DNA of 64,000 nucleotides from Elusimicrobiota bacterium (GTDB lineage Bacteria > Elusimicrobiota > Elusimicrobia > 2-02-FULL-39-32), in contig JAKFYJ010000021.1 of assembly GCA_021730935.1 (NCBI GenBank), positions 22,451-86,450 on the forward strand. Direction: 5' to 3'. A program made the position numbers and the translations under genes. Positions 26,911 to 37,048 of the stretch are shown here, piece after piece. Position 1 is the stretch's first letter; every line of letters begins with the position of its first letter. Under the pieces are notes generated by a model that was not told the origin of the DNA, did not search any database, and was given only the letters and a program-made list of their open reading frames with translations.

Positions 26911-27827
26911 ATTTTTTCAGTAACTTTTTTTCCCAGAAGTCCCTGAGGCCGGAACAGGAGAACGAGAATAAGAATCGCGAAAGCGAAAATATCTTTCCAT
27001 TCCGCTCCGCCGGGGATGAATCCCGCTCCCAAAGATTCCAGCACCCCGATCAAAATTCCTCCCACCACTGCGCCCGTGACGTTTCCGATGCCGCCCAGAA
27101 CCGCCGCCGTGAACGCCTTGATGCCTGGCAGAAACCCCATGTTGTATTTCACGGAGCCATAATACATTCCGTTCAAAAGTCCCGCCGCGCCGCCGAGCGC
27201 TCCGCCGATCAGGAAGGTGAGCGAAATAATCTTGTTCGTGTTGATGCCGAGGAGCTCTGCCGCGTCCCGATCGCCCGCCGTGGCGCGGAGCGCTTTTCCG
27301 AGATGCGTTTTCTCGATGAAAAATTTAAGAGCGGCCATAATCAGAAGCGAAATGCCTATGATAAAGATTTGGAGCGAGTTGATCTGGGCGTTTCCGATGT
27401 TGAATTGGCGGACCGTCATGAGTTCCGGGAAGGGGACGGACTGATTTGAGACGAATAAAAATATGAAGTTCTGCAAGAATATGGAAACGCCGATGGCGGA
27501 GATGAGGGGGGAAAGTCGAGGGGCGTGACGGAGGGGCCGATAGGCGATTTTTTCGACGAGAAAAGCGAGAGCCGCGCTTCCTCCGACGGCAAGGCACATG
27601 GAAATCATTATTTGGAAAGTGTGGGAAAGCTTTTGGACCCAGGGGATGGCGAGGGCGGCCAGAGCAAAAAATGTTCCCGTCATGAAAATTTCCGAGTGAG
27701 CGAAATTGATCATGAGCAGGATGCCATAAACGAGGGTGTATCCGAGGGAGATGAGGGCATAGATGGAGCCCAGGGTGAGACCGTTGATCAGTTGTTGTGA
27801 GAGAGTTCCCCAGAGGGAATCATTCAT
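26907..27827 (-). CDS. livH: Branched-chain amino acid ABC transporter permease
   Basis: INGLTLGSIYALISLGYTLVYGIL..INFAH, GIKAFTAAVLGGIG, RPQGLLG. Confidence 0.93.
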   Translation of the reverse strand: MNDSLWGTLSQQLINGLTLGSIYALISLGYTLVYGILLMINFAHSEIFMTGTFFALAALAIPWVQKLSHTFQIMISMCLAVGGSAALAFLVEKIAYRPLRHAPRLSPLISAIGVSIFLQNFIFLFVSNQSVPFPELMTVRQFNIGNAQINSLQIFIIGISLLIMAALKFFIEKTHLGKALRATAGDRDAAELLGINTNKIISLTFLIGGALGGAAGLLNGMYYGSVKYNMGFLPGIKAFTAAVLGGIGNVTGAVVGGILIGVLESLGAGFIPGGAEWKDIFAFAILILVLLFRPQGLLGKKVTEKI

Positions 27828-28428
27828 GGGGCGTCAAAAGAACGTTGAAATGCTTTTTGAATTGGTTTTGGAGCGCCGTCACGGTTTCGGGATTCAGCGC
27901 AATCTGGATGGACCCCTGGTGGAGGGCTTTGTTTTTTTCGCGCCACTGGGCGCCGCCCACGATTTTCTTTCCGTTCAGAGTGAGGTCATAACAAACCGCG
28001 CTCGTGAAACACCATCCGTTGTCCGCATCTTTCTGGCAGGCCATAGTGGTTTCGATTCCGAGCTCTTTCAAACCTTCAGCGATCCAGGTGTGGATCGCGT
28101 TATATGATTCCTTGACGTTCCATGGGATCGACTGAGTTTCTTTGTTCCAAAAAAGCGAGAAGCATAGGTCTTCGCGATGTTCCACCATGCCGCCTCCGCT
28201 GGGCCTTCCCACCACCATGATGCCGCGTTGGAGGAACGACCTTTCAATGTCGGAATCAATGCCTTGCGTGCGGCCGAAACTGACCGCGGGTTTGGACCAG
28301 CGATAAAATCTCAGAGTGGGAAGAGAAAATGTCTGAAAAAGTTTCCGGTCCCTGTCCATGGTTTGGAAGGGAGGCTCAGAAAGATAGGGAAGTGTGTTCC
28401 AGGTCTCGAGTGTTTTTGAAGGGATCAC
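27820..28428 (-). CDS. Lipoate-protein ligase A / octanoyltransferase family protein
   Basis: PTLRFYRW..PAVSFG, RPSGGGMVEH, CF, GKKIVGGAQ, HQGSI. GTG start at 28428 overlaps the gcvPB stop. Confidence 0.85.
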   Translation of the reverse strand: MIPSKTLETWNTLPYLSEPPFQTMDRDRKLFQTFSLPTLRFYRWSKPAVSFGRTQGIDSDIERSFLQRGIMVVGRPSGGGMVEHREDLCFSLFWNKETQSIPWNVKESYNAIHTWIAEGLKELGIETTMACQKDADNGWCFTSAVCYDLTLNGKKIVGGAQWREKNKALHQGSIQIALNPETVTALQNQFKKHFNVLLTPHE

Positions 28429-29897
28429 TTGGCCAGAGCTTCCTGGCTTTGGGCTTCCGGCGACCATCGGAGGATGGGGTTGCGGGCGGCCGTCACTTCG
28501 TCCAATCTCCTCACGGGAGTCGTGTGGGGCGCGGTCTGGACCATGGCCGGGTTTGTTTTGGCTTCGTCCATGATCTTGTTCATGGCTCTCACAAATTCGT
28601 CCATCGTTTTTTTGGATTCCGTTTCGGTGGGCTCCACCATCATGGCTTCCGGCACGATCAAAGGGAAATAAACCGTCGGGGCATAGAACCCATAATCCAA
28701 AAGCCTTTTTACGATGTCCAATGTTCTTATTCCGGACTTGGCGTATTCGCTGGCCGACAAAACGCATTCGTGCATGCAATGCTCGTCGATATAGGGCTTG
28801 AAAAGACCTTTGAGGTGGGACAAAAGATAATTCGCATTGATGATCGCGTTTTCGCTGACAGACCTCAGTCCATCGTGGCCAAGGGTGGCGATATAGGTGT
28901 AAGCCCGGACAAGCGCTCCGCTGTTCCCGAAGAAGGCGCGCAATTGGCCGATGGAGGTTTTTGAATCCGTGACCAGATTAAACTGCTTGTCTTTCTTCTC
29001 GATGCGGGGCATGGGCAAAAACTTTTCCAGATATTTTTTTACACCCACAGGTCCTGCTCCCGGGCCGCCGCCGCCGTGGGGGACGCTGAATGTTTTGTGG
29101 AGGTTCAGGTGCATGATGTCGAATCCGAGTCTCGCCGGTTCCACGAGGCCGACGAGAGCGTTGAAGTTGGCTCCGTCCATATATAAAAGCGCTCCGGCCT
29201 TGTGCACGAGGTCCGCCACTTCCTGAATTTCGTCTTCAAATAGACCGAGGGTGTTGGGACAGGTGATCATGACAAGGGAAACGTCAGGGCCCAGGGCTTC
29301 CGCCAAGGCTTTCTTGTTGACTCTCCCTTTGTCGTTAGAGGGAATGGAATGAACGGAATATCCCGCCAACGCCGCGCTCGCCGGGTTGGTTCCGTGCGCG
29401 CTGTCCGGGACCAGCACTTTGGTGCGTTTCTCTCCGCGCGCGTCAAAATAAGCATGAGCCACGAGGAGTCCTGCCAGTTCGCCTTGAGCGCCGGCCGCGG
29501 GGTGAAGACTGAAAGCATCCATTCCCGTGAGGTCGCACAAGGATCGTTCCAGGTTCCACATGAGCTCGAGAGTTCCCTGCATGGTCTCGGATGTCTGATA
29601 AGGGTGAACGCCTGTGAATCCTGCGAACATGGAAGTTTTATCGTTAATCTTGGGATTATATTTCATGGTGCAGGACCCGAGGGGATAAAAATTCGTGTCT
29701 GCGGAAAAATTGAGCTGGGAGAGCCGGGTGAAATGGCGCACCACGTCGAATTCCGAAACTTCAGGGAGCCCTGCAAGTTTTTTGCGTTTCCACTTTTCGG
29801 GGACGGCGGCTTTCGTGGAGGATTTTTTGAGGGGGAACGCCGCGCCTCTCCTTCCGGGAACGCTGGTTTCGAATATCAAAGGATGTTTTGGGGTCAT
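28425..29897 (-). CDS. gcvPB: Glycine dehydrogenase subunit 2
   Basis: YPLGSCTMKYNP, DSAHGTNPAS, HLNLHKTFSVPHGGGGPG. ATG at 29897 overlaps the gcvPA stop. Confidence 0.96.
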   Translation of the reverse strand: MTPKHPLIFETSVPGRRGAAFPLKKSSTKAAVPEKWKRKKLAGLPEVSEFDVVRHFTRLSQLNFSADTNFYPLGSCTMKYNPKINDKTSMFAGFTGVHPYQTSETMQGTLELMWNLERSLCDLTGMDAFSLHPAAGAQGELAGLLVAHAYFDARGEKRTKVLVPDSAHGTNPASAALAGYSVHSIPSNDKGRVNKKALAEALGPDVSLVMITCPNTLGLFEDEIQEVADLVHKAGALLYMDGANFNALVGLVEPARLGFDIMHLNLHKTFSVPHGGGGPGAGPVGVKKYLEKFLPMPRIEKKDKQFNLVTDSKTSIGQLRAFFGNSGALVRAYTYIATLGHDGLRSVSENAIINANYLLSHLKGLFKPYIDEHCMHECVLSASEYAKSGIRTLDIVKRLLDYGFYAPTVYFPLIVPEAMMVEPTETESKKTMDEFVRAMNKIMDEAKTNPAMVQTAPHTTPVRRLDEVTAARNPILRWSPEAQSQEALAK

Positions 29898-31234
29898 CGG
29901 ATTTTCCTCAGGGTTTCGGAGAGTTTTTCGATATCGTCCGGCATGATCATTTCCGTGGCGCAATAAAGGACACAGCCTTTCAGTTCCGGATAATAGGGTT
30001 CGAGAGCCAATCCTCCAACGATGCCGGCTTTGCGGAGCGCTTTGTTAATTTTCTCCGGCGAGGCTTTTGATCGGATCACAAATTCGTTGAAGAAAGGCGC
30101 TGAAAAGACTTCGGAAAATCCCTTGATCTTGGCGATCGCTTCTTTCGTCTCATGAGCGCGGTTGAAATTGAGCTGGGCGCATTCCTTGAGCCCCTGAGGG
30201 CCGAGCACGGAAAGATATATGGTGGAGGCCAGAGCCATGAGAGCTTCGTTCGTGCAGATGTTGGAAGTGGCTTTTTCCCGCCGGATATGTTGCTCGCGGG
30301 TCTGGAGGGTCAGAGTGAATCCGCGTTTGCCGTTCAGATCTTTGGTCATGCCGCAGACGCGTCCGGGCATTTTTCGCACGTGAGAGAATTTGCAGGAAAA
30401 GAGTCCCAGGTTGGGCCCGCCGAAATTCATTGGAATGCCGAGCGGCTGGCCTTCGCCTGTCGCCACATCCGCGCCATATTCTCCAGGAGGCGCGAGCAGT
30501 CCCAGAGACATGGGGTTGGCGCTCACCACGAAAAGGGCGCCGGATTTTTTTGCCGCATGGCCCATCTGTTCGCCTTCTTCAAGGATGCCGAAAAAATTGG
30601 GAGACTGGATCATCACACAGGCGGTGTCGCTGTCGATCTTTGATTCAAGATCCTTCATGGACGTTTGGCCGTTTTCAATGGCAATTTCTTCCACGGAAAA
30701 ACTTTTGCTGTAGGTTTGGATCACTTTTCTGTATTCCGGATGCACGGCGCGGGAGACAAGGATTTTTTTGCGGCCCGTCTCTCGCACCGCCAGCAAAGCC
30801 GCTTCCGCCAGAGCGGAGGCTCCGTCATAAAGAGAAGCGTTGGCCACATCCATGCCATAAAGCTCCGCGATCATGGTTTGATATTCAAAAGTCGCCTGGA
30901 GAGTTCCCTGGCTGGCTTCGGGCTGATAAGGCGTGTATGCCGTGATGAATTCGCCTCTCGTGATCAGAGAAGGCACGACGGCTGGAATAAAATGGTTATA
31001 AACTCCTGCTCCAAGGAAACAGGCTTTTTTGCCCGCCGGCTCATTTTTGTGGGCCAGGGCTGAGAGATGAGCGTCCACTTCCATCTCCGTCAGGCCGTCC
31101 TGAAGCGTCTGTTTTTTCGTGTGGGAATAGATCGCGTTCTTGGGGATGTTTTTGATCAGGTCTTCAAATTTGGAGACGCCGATCTCGGCTAAAAGTTCTT
31201 TGCGTTCCTTCTCGGTGTTGGCGACGTATTGCAT
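29894..31234 (-). CDS. gcvPA: Glycine dehydrogenase subunit 1
   Basis: FLGAGVYNH, TAYTPYQPEASQG, NASLYDGASA, QTREQHIRREKATSNICTN. Confidence 0.96.
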   Translation of the reverse strand: MQYVANTEKERKELLAEIGVSKFEDLIKNIPKNAIYSHTKKQTLQDGLTEMEVDAHLSALAHKNEPAGKKACFLGAGVYNHFIPAVVPSLITRGEFITAYTPYQPEASQGTLQATFEYQTMIAELYGMDVANASLYDGASALAEAALLAVRETGRKKILVSRAVHPEYRKVIQTYSKSFSVEEIAIENGQTSMKDLESKIDSDTACVMIQSPNFFGILEEGEQMGHAAKKSGALFVVSANPMSLGLLAPPGEYGADVATGEGQPLGIPMNFGGPNLGLFSCKFSHVRKMPGRVCGMTKDLNGKRGFTLTLQTREQHIRREKATSNICTNEALMALASTIYLSVLGPQGLKECAQLNFNRAHETKEAIAKIKGFSEVFSAPFFNEFVIRSKASPEKINKALRKAGIVGGLALEPYYPELKGCVLYCATEMIMPDDIEKLSETLRKIR

Positions 31235-31245
31235 GTTGAAAGTCC

Positions 31246-31632
31246 TTAATGGTGTCCGGCTTCGGATTTCAGGAATTCCAGATACTGGTCGTGCGTCATC
31301 AATTCCTTGAGGTCTCCGGCGTTCGCGATGTCCAGCTTGAAAAGCCATCCGTCTCCATAGGGCGATTTGTTGACGAGCTCGGGATTTTTGGAAACCTTGT
31401 CATTCACTGCGGCAACTTTTCCGGAAACGGGCGCATAAATGGGGAAAGCGGCTTTCACGGATTCGAGGGTCGCGATTTCGCCTTCCTTCTGGGCGGCTTT
31501 GCCTGCCTGCGGGAGATCCACAAACACCACGTCCGTCACTTCTTTCTGGGCGTGGTCCGAAATGCCGACGGTGCCGTCGGGAGAAATCCATTCGTGAGAT
31601 TTTGCGAAGCGTAATTTAGAGGTGTCTTGCAT
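31246..31632 (-). CDS. gcvH: Glycine cleavage system H protein
   Basis: SHEW, VGISDHAQ, ESVKAA (lipoyl-Lys), YAPVSG, PYGDGW. Confidence 0.96.
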   Translation of the reverse strand: MQDTSKLRFAKSHEWISPDGTVGISDHAQKEVTDVVFVDLPQAGKAAQKEGEIATLESVKAAFPIYAPVSGKVAAVNDKVSKNPELVNKSPYGDGWLFKLDIANAGDLKELMTHDQYLEFLKSEAGHH

Positions 31633-31647
31633 AGAATTGATCCTTTC

Positions 31648-32724
31648 TTAGTTTTTGCTTCCCGTATAAAACGGCAATTTTACAATCTCTGCGGCCACGG
31701 GTTTTCCGTTGCATTCAATCGCAAACTTTCCGGAGAGTCCTGTTGGAACATAACCCATCGCGATGCCTGTTTTCAGAGTAGGCGAATAAGTCCCGCTGTT
31801 CAGTTCCCCGACGGCTTTCCCGTCGCACAAAATTTTAAATCCGTGTCTCGGGATTCCCCGGTCCGTCATCTTGAAAGCGGTCAGCTTTTGTTTGAGTCCT
31901 CTGTTTTTCTGCTCAAGCAGGGCCTGTTTTCCGATAAAATCACCCTTCTCAAATTTTACGACCCACGAAACTCCGGCTTCGAGCGGAGAGTGATTGTCGT
32001 CGATGTCGTTGCCGTAGAGAAGATATCCCGCTTCGAGCCTCAAAGTGTCTCTCGCCCCCAACCCGCAGGGCAATATCCCGAAAGTTTGGCCTTCTTTCAT
32101 CACGGCGTCCGTTAAATTTTCAATGATCCCGTTCGGGGCGACAATTTCCACGCCGTCTTCGCCCGTATATCCCGTCCGGCATATAAAAACTTTCTGATTG
32201 CTGAAAACTGTTTCTGAAACCTGGTGCCGCTCAGGGACTTTGAATAGCTTTGAGATGACCGCGACCGCTTGAGGCCCCTGAACCGCGATCATGCTCCATT
32301 TGTCGCTCTCGTTGTGAACAGTGACCGAGGGACGCCCGTGCGAAAGCATCCATTGGAAATCTTTTTCTGCAGTCGAAGCGTTGACCACCACGAGATATTT
32401 TGTCGGGAATTTCAAACAATATACAAAAATATCATCGATCACGCCACCTTGGGGGTTGCAGAGGTGGGAATACATGGCTTTGCCCTCCGCGCACTTTGAG
32501 AGGTCGTTCGTGCAGAGGTTTTGGAGGAACGGCAAGGCTTCTGCGCCTTCAACAAAAACCTGTCCCATGTGGGAAATGTCAAAAATTCCGACCCCGTTTC
32601 TCACTGCCAGATGCTCCTGCATGATGCTGGTGTATTGAACCGGCATTTCCCATCCGGCAAATTCTGTGAACCTTGCGCCGCGGCGTTTGTTCCATTCGTA
32701 AAGTGGGGTTCTCTTAGATGACAT
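31648..32724 (-). CDS. gcvT: Glycine cleavage system aminomethyltransferase T
   Basis: FAGWEMPVQY, FDISHMGQ, RTGYTGEDG, GLGARDTLRLEAG. Confidence 0.96.
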   Translation of the reverse strand: MSSKRTPLYEWNKRRGARFTEFAGWEMPVQYTSIMQEHLAVRNGVGIFDISHMGQVFVEGAEALPFLQNLCTNDLSKCAEGKAMYSHLCNPQGGVIDDIFVYCLKFPTKYLVVVNASTAEKDFQWMLSHGRPSVTVHNESDKWSMIAVQGPQAVAVISKLFKVPERHQVSETVFSNQKVFICRTGYTGEDGVEIVAPNGIIENLTDAVMKEGQTFGILPCGLGARDTLRLEAGYLLYGNDIDDNHSPLEAGVSWVVKFEKGDFIGKQALLEQKNRGLKQKLTAFKMTDRGIPRHGFKILCDGKAVGELNSGTYSPTLKTGIAMGYVPTGLSGKFAIECNGKPVAAEIVKLPFYTGSKN

Positions 32725-33595
32725 GGTTTAACATTTCTCCCGCGTGATAAGACGATCTCACCAAAGGCCCACAGAACACATGGTCAAATGGAAACTGTTC
32801 CGCTGATTCTTTGATGGCTTTGAATTCATCCGAAGTATAAAATTTTTCTATGGGCAGATGTTCCTTGGAGGGTTGGAGATATTGCCCCACTGTCACCAGA
32901 TGGACTCCTGCGTCATATAAATCAGAAAAAGCAGTGCCCAGCTCCTCAAAAGTTTCCCCAAGCCCCACCATCACTCCAGATTTTATCTTTATGCCTTTGC
33001 TTGTTTGAGACGCCGTCTTAAGCATATAAAGAGAGCGATCATAGGTGGCTTTGGAACGGACTTTGGGAGTGAGCCGCCGCACCGTTTCGAGGTTGTGGTT
33101 GAACACGTCCGGCCTGCTTTCAAGCACGGTCTGCAGAGATTCTACGCGCCCTTCAAAATCGCTCGTCAAAACTTCGATGGTCGCAAAAGGCAGGCCTTGT
33201 TTGAGGGTTCTCACAGTTTCGGCAAATTGGCTTGCCCCGCCTTCATAAAGATCGTCTCTCGCTGGGGCCGTGATCACAATGTGGGTGAGGTTCAGCCTTT
33301 GGGCGGCGTCCAAGATTCTTTGAGGTTCCGTTGCGTCCACGCCCATGGGTTTGCCGGTTTTCTCCGCGCAGAACCCGCACCGTCTCGTGCAGATGTCTCC
33401 CAGGATTTGAAATGTGAGAGTCCCCTTGGCATAACATTCCGTCCTGTTGGGACACTTGGCTTCTTCGCAGACCGTGTTGAGGCGGAATTTGTCCAAAGTT
33501 TCCGTCAAATTAAAATAGGTCGGGCCTCCGGGAATTTTTTGCCGGAATTCCTTCGGCAAAGGCGATGGGCGAAGCACGGTCAAGCGGGAACTCAT
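32714..33595 (-). CDS. lipA: Lipoyl synthase
   Basis: TVCEEAKCPNRTEC, CTRRCGFC, FNHNLETV, GPLVRSSY. Confidence 0.96.
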   Translation of the reverse strand: MSSRLTVLRPSPLPKEFRQKIPGGPTYFNLTETLDKFRLNTVCEEAKCPNRTECYAKGTLTFQILGDICTRRCGFCAEKTGKPMGVDATEPQRILDAAQRLNLTHIVITAPARDDLYEGGASQFAETVRTLKQGLPFATIEVLTSDFEGRVESLQTVLESRPDVFNHNLETVRRLTPKVRSKATYDRSLYMLKTASQTSKGIKIKSGVMVGLGETFEELGTAFSDLYDAGVHLVTVGQYLQPSKEHLPIEKFYTSDEFKAIKESAEQFPFDHVFCGPLVRSSYHAGEMLNHVI

Positions 33596-34953
33596 CGTTC
33601 CATGGCTCCTTTGATGCCTTCAGCAAATGTCGGATGAGCAAAAATCACGTCTTTGATGTCTTTCTTGGTGAGCCCGCCTTTGATGGCGACGGAAATAATG
33701 TGAATGAGTTCAGTCGCGTGGGGGCCGATGATTTGGGCGCCCAGAATTTTTTCCGAAGCTTTGTCTATGATGATCTGGATAAACCCTTCCGTGTCGCCTT
33801 CCGCGAGAGCGCGCCCTGAAGCGCCGAAAAAGAATCTTTGACTCTTGGTTTCGATATTTTTTTCCTGCGCCTGATGCGCCCAGAGTCCCACGGAAGCCAC
33901 TTCCGGCCAGGTATAAAGGCATCTCGGAACGAGGGCCCCGTCATATTCTTTGGATTCTCCCGTGATGTTGGACGCCGCAATTTCGCCTTGAGCGGATCCG
34001 GCGTGAGCGAGGAGAGAAAGACCCGTGACATCTCCGGCCGCATAGATATCGGGATTGGAGGTCTGCATATTCGGATTGACTTCAATGCCTTTGGGGGAAA
34101 ATTTGACGGAAGCGTTTTCCAGGCCCAGCATGTCGAGTTTCGGACGCCGCCCGACGCAAGCCAGGACTTGAGCCGTCTCCATGACCGTCCCGTTTGAGAG
34201 GGTTAGCCGCCAGTTCAGCTGGTGTCGTTCCATTTTGTCTATGGTTGTTGAATCTTTGACCGTGATTCCGCGCTGTTCAAATGATTTTCTGAGGACATTA
34301 ACGATCTGCGGGTCTTCTCCGGGCAGGAGGTTCGCGGTTTTCTCGATGATCGTGACCTGCACGCCCATTTCGTCCAGAAGGCAGGCGAACTCGCACCCGA
34401 TGGCGCCGCCGCCCACAATAACGATATTCTCGGGCAGGTTTTCAACGTCAAAAATGGTGTCGCTGTTGAGGATGTTTTTGACATGCGCATCCAGAGGGGG
34501 AGGGAATATGGGAGATGACCCTGCGGCGATCACAGCCTTGTCGAAAGTCAGAGTCTGGGTTTTTCCGTCAGCTGTGACCTGGATAGAATTTTTTGAGAGA
34601 AATTTGGCTTCGCCTTTGAGCACCTTGGCGCCGGACAAAGCGATGGATTTTTCATCGTCGCCGCGCAGAGTTTCCACGACCTTGGCTTTGCGTTTCCGCA
34701 TGGCGTTCCAAAGGGCGCTTCTGTCTGAGGGGGAATCCAGCGGAACGGCCGTTCGGGACTGGGAGATGACTTCTTTTAAGTCGCGTATCTTCTTGCCATA
34801 GGCGAGGAGAGTTTTGGAGGGGATGCATCCCCAGTTCAGGCAAACGCCGCCCACATGACCTTTTTCGATCAAGGTGACGGAAATTTTTTTCCTGGCGGCA
34901 GATTTCGCGGCGGCCTCGCCTGCGGGGCCGGCTCCGATAACAATGAGGTTCAA
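33592..34953 (-). CDS. lpdA: Dihydrolipoyl dehydrogenase
   Basis: GAGPAG, GGVCLNWGCIPSK, GGGAIG, FAHPTFAE. Confidence 0.93.
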   Translation of the reverse strand: MNLIVIGAGPAGEAAAKSAARKKISVTLIEKGHVGGVCLNWGCIPSKTLLAYGKKIRDLKEVISQSRTAVPLDSPSDRSALWNAMRKRKAKVVETLRGDDEKSIALSGAKVLKGEAKFLSKNSIQVTADGKTQTLTFDKAVIAAGSSPIFPPPLDAHVKNILNSDTIFDVENLPENIVIVGGGAIGCEFACLLDEMGVQVTIIEKTANLLPGEDPQIVNVLRKSFEQRGITVKDSTTIDKMERHQLNWRLTLSNGTVMETAQVLACVGRRPKLDMLGLENASVKFSPKGIEVNPNMQTSNPDIYAAGDVTGLSLLAHAGSAQGEIAASNITGESKEYDGALVPRCLYTWPEVASVGLWAHQAQEKNIETKSQRFFFGASGRALAEGDTEGFIQIIIDKASEKILGAQIIGPHATELIHIISVAIKGGLTKKDIKDVIFAHPTFAEGIKGAMER

Positions 34954-34967
34954 GTGATTTATGTTTT

Positions 34968-36116
34968 TTAGTCTACGGGTGAAAATGTTCCGTCTTTAAC
35001 GAGATAAACGGTCACGGCTTTATTTTTTGTGTCGCCTTTCTCGTCAAATTCTGTGTGGCCCAGCACCCCGTCATATTTCAGGGTCTTCAAAAATTCAATG
35101 ATTTTGGATTTGTCCACTTCCGTTGAAGCGGGGTCCTTGATTCCGGCTTTCTCCAGCGCCAGGGCCGCGATCATGGTTGCCTCATAGGTGTAATGGTCAT
35201 AGGGCTGCATGTCGGTGTTGGGATAAGCCGCCTTATATTTATCCAGATATTCTTTCGCGGACGGAATCCGTTCGGGAGGGACTCCGACATTGGTCACATA
35301 GCATCCGCTTGCCGCGCTTCCGGCGATCTTAAAAAACTCCGAGCTCTGGAGCGCGTCGCCCGAAAAGAAAACCGAGCTCATTCCCAGTTCCCGCGCCTGC
35401 TTCACGATGAGTCCGCCTTCGTTATAGATGCCGCCGAAATAAATCGCGTCCGGCTTTGTGGACTTGATGCGGGTGAGCAAAGCTTTGAAATCTTTTTCGC
35501 CGATGGATATGCCGTCAAAGGATTTGACGTTTCCGCCCTTGAGCTTGAATTCCTTGGCAAACTCTTCCGAGAGTCCCTGGCCATAAGGCGTCTTGTCGTG
35601 GATGACCGCGACACTCCCGAGTTTGAGCTTCTTAAGGATGAAATTGGCCGCGAACTGGCCCTGAACGTCGTCGGTGGTGTTGACCCTGAAAATATTTTTC
35701 GGCCATTTCCATGACGGGTCCATCTGCTGTTGCGTGAGCTTGGGGTTTGTGGCGGCGGGCGTGATCATGGCCAAATTGGCTTTGGCATAAACTTGCGCCG
35801 CGGGAATGGAACAGCCGGAGTTGAGGTGCCCGATCACAACGGAAATCGCCGAGTCCGAGACGATCTGGTTGGCGACATTGACCGCTTCTTTCGGGTCGGC
35901 CCGGTCATCAAATGATCTCAACTCAATTTTATACTTAAAACGGCCGGAATCGTTGGCATCTTTGACCGCAAGTTCCGCTCCGCGTTTCATGCCTTGCCCC
36001 ATGGCCGCGATGTCGCCCGTGATGGGCACAGCCAGAGCGAGACGATAAGTTTTTTCTTTGGGGGAACAGGCAACGGCGAGCCCCAGGAGAGGCAGGACGG
36101 CAAAAAGTTTTTTCAT
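34968..36116 (-). CDS. livK: Branched-chain amino acid ABC substrate-binding lipoprotein (LivK/LivJ family)
   Basis: Lipobox LAVAC after ATG 36116; VIGHLNSGCSIPA, ITPAATNPKLT, DDVQG, HDKTPYGQGL. Confidence 0.88.
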   Translation of the reverse strand: MKKLFAVLPLLGLAVACSPKEKTYRLALAVPITGDIAAMGQGMKRGAELAVKDANDSGRFKYKIELRSFDDRADPKEAVNVANQIVSDSAISVVIGHLNSGCSIPAAQVYAKANLAMITPAATNPKLTQQQMDPSWKWPKNIFRVNTTDDVQGQFAANFILKKLKLGSVAVIHDKTPYGQGLSEEFAKEFKLKGGNVKSFDGISIGEKDFKALLTRIKSTKPDAIYFGGIYNEGGLIVKQARELGMSSVFFSGDALQSSEFFKIAGSAASGCYVTNVGVPPERIPSAKEYLDKYKAAYPNTDMQPYDHYTYEATMIAALALEKAGIKDPASTEVDKSKIIEFLKTLKYDGVLGHTEFDEKGDTKNKAVTVYLVKDGTFSPVD

Positions 36117-36151
36117 GAGTGGGTTTATGCTATCAATTCCCGAACTTAGGG

Positions 36152-37045
36152 TCAAGACAGCAGTTCTTTGAGGGCGCTCTCCAGGGAGGGATGCTGAAAA
36201 ACATATCCGGACGATTTGAGTTTGGCGGACTCCACTTTCGCTCCGGCCAGCAAAAGCTCGTCGGCCATTTCCCCGAAAGCGAGGCGCGCCGCGAAGGCCG
36301 GCATGGGGAAAATTGTGGGGCGACGCAAAACTTTGCCGAGGGTTTTTGTGAATTCGAGGTTGGTCACAGGGGCGGGCGCCGTCACATTCACGGGGCCTCG
36401 GACCGATTCCGTGTTCATCACATGTGTTATGGCTCCAACGGCATCGTCAATGGAGATCCAGCTCATATATTGTTTCCCCGAGCCGATGACTCCGCCCAAT
36501 CCCATCCTGAAAGGAAAAAGCATTTTGGCCAGGGCGCCGCCTTGCGCGCTCAGGATGATCCCAAACCTTAAATTCACCACGCGGACTCCGTTCTTCGCCG
36601 CGGGCTGGGCCGCAGATTCCCATTCTTTGCATATTTTTGAGAGGAAAAGAGAGCCGATGGAGCTGTCTTCGGTGAGGATTTCTGCGCCGCGGTCGCCATA
36701 AAACCCGATGGCGGATGCGCAGAGAAAAATTTTGGGCGGACGGGAAAGTTTGGCGAGCGTTTCCGAAAGGAGCTGGGTTCCGTTCACTCGGCTGTCGCGG
36801 ATTTTTTTCTTTTGAGCTTCGCTCCACCTCGCGCCCGCGATGCTTTCTCCTGCCAGGTGAACAACCGCGTCGAACCCTTCAAGGGACTGCGCGTTGATTG
36901 CGCCTTTTTCCGGATCCCAATAAATTTCGTCCGGATTTTTGGACGGGACCCGCACGAGTTTGGAGACAAGGTCGCCGCGCCGCAGAAGCTGAGGGGTGAG
37001 GGCTTTCGCCACGAGTCCTGAAGAGCCGGATAGGAGTATTTTCAT
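36152..37045 (-). CDS. TIGR01777/YfcH-type NAD-dependent epimerase family protein
   Basis: GSSGLV, HLAGESI..RWS..KKKIRDSR, SAIGFYG, GSGKQYMSWI. Confidence 0.92.
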   Translation of the reverse strand: MKILLSGSSGLVAKALTPQLLRRGDLVSKLVRVPSKNPDEIYWDPEKGAINAQSLEGFDAVVHLAGESIAGARWSEAQKKKIRDSRVNGTQLLSETLAKLSRPPKIFLCASAIGFYGDRGAEILTEDSSIGSLFLSKICKEWESAAQPAAKNGVRVVNLRFGIILSAQGGALAKMLFPFRMGLGGVIGSGKQYMSWISIDDAVGAITHVMNTESVRGPVNVTAPAPVTNLEFTKTLGKVLRRPTIFPMPAFAARLAFGEMADELLLAGAKVESAKLKSSGYVFQHPSLESALKELLS

Positions 37046-37048
37046 GCG

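Noticed and set aside
27820-28779. 319-aa version of the lipoate ligase; similar 5' extensions of gcvPA, gcvPB, App1, amidohydrolase and rlmD
   Set aside because: The extensions overlap upstream genes and read as nonsense; coupled or SD/-10-supported downstream starts fit better.
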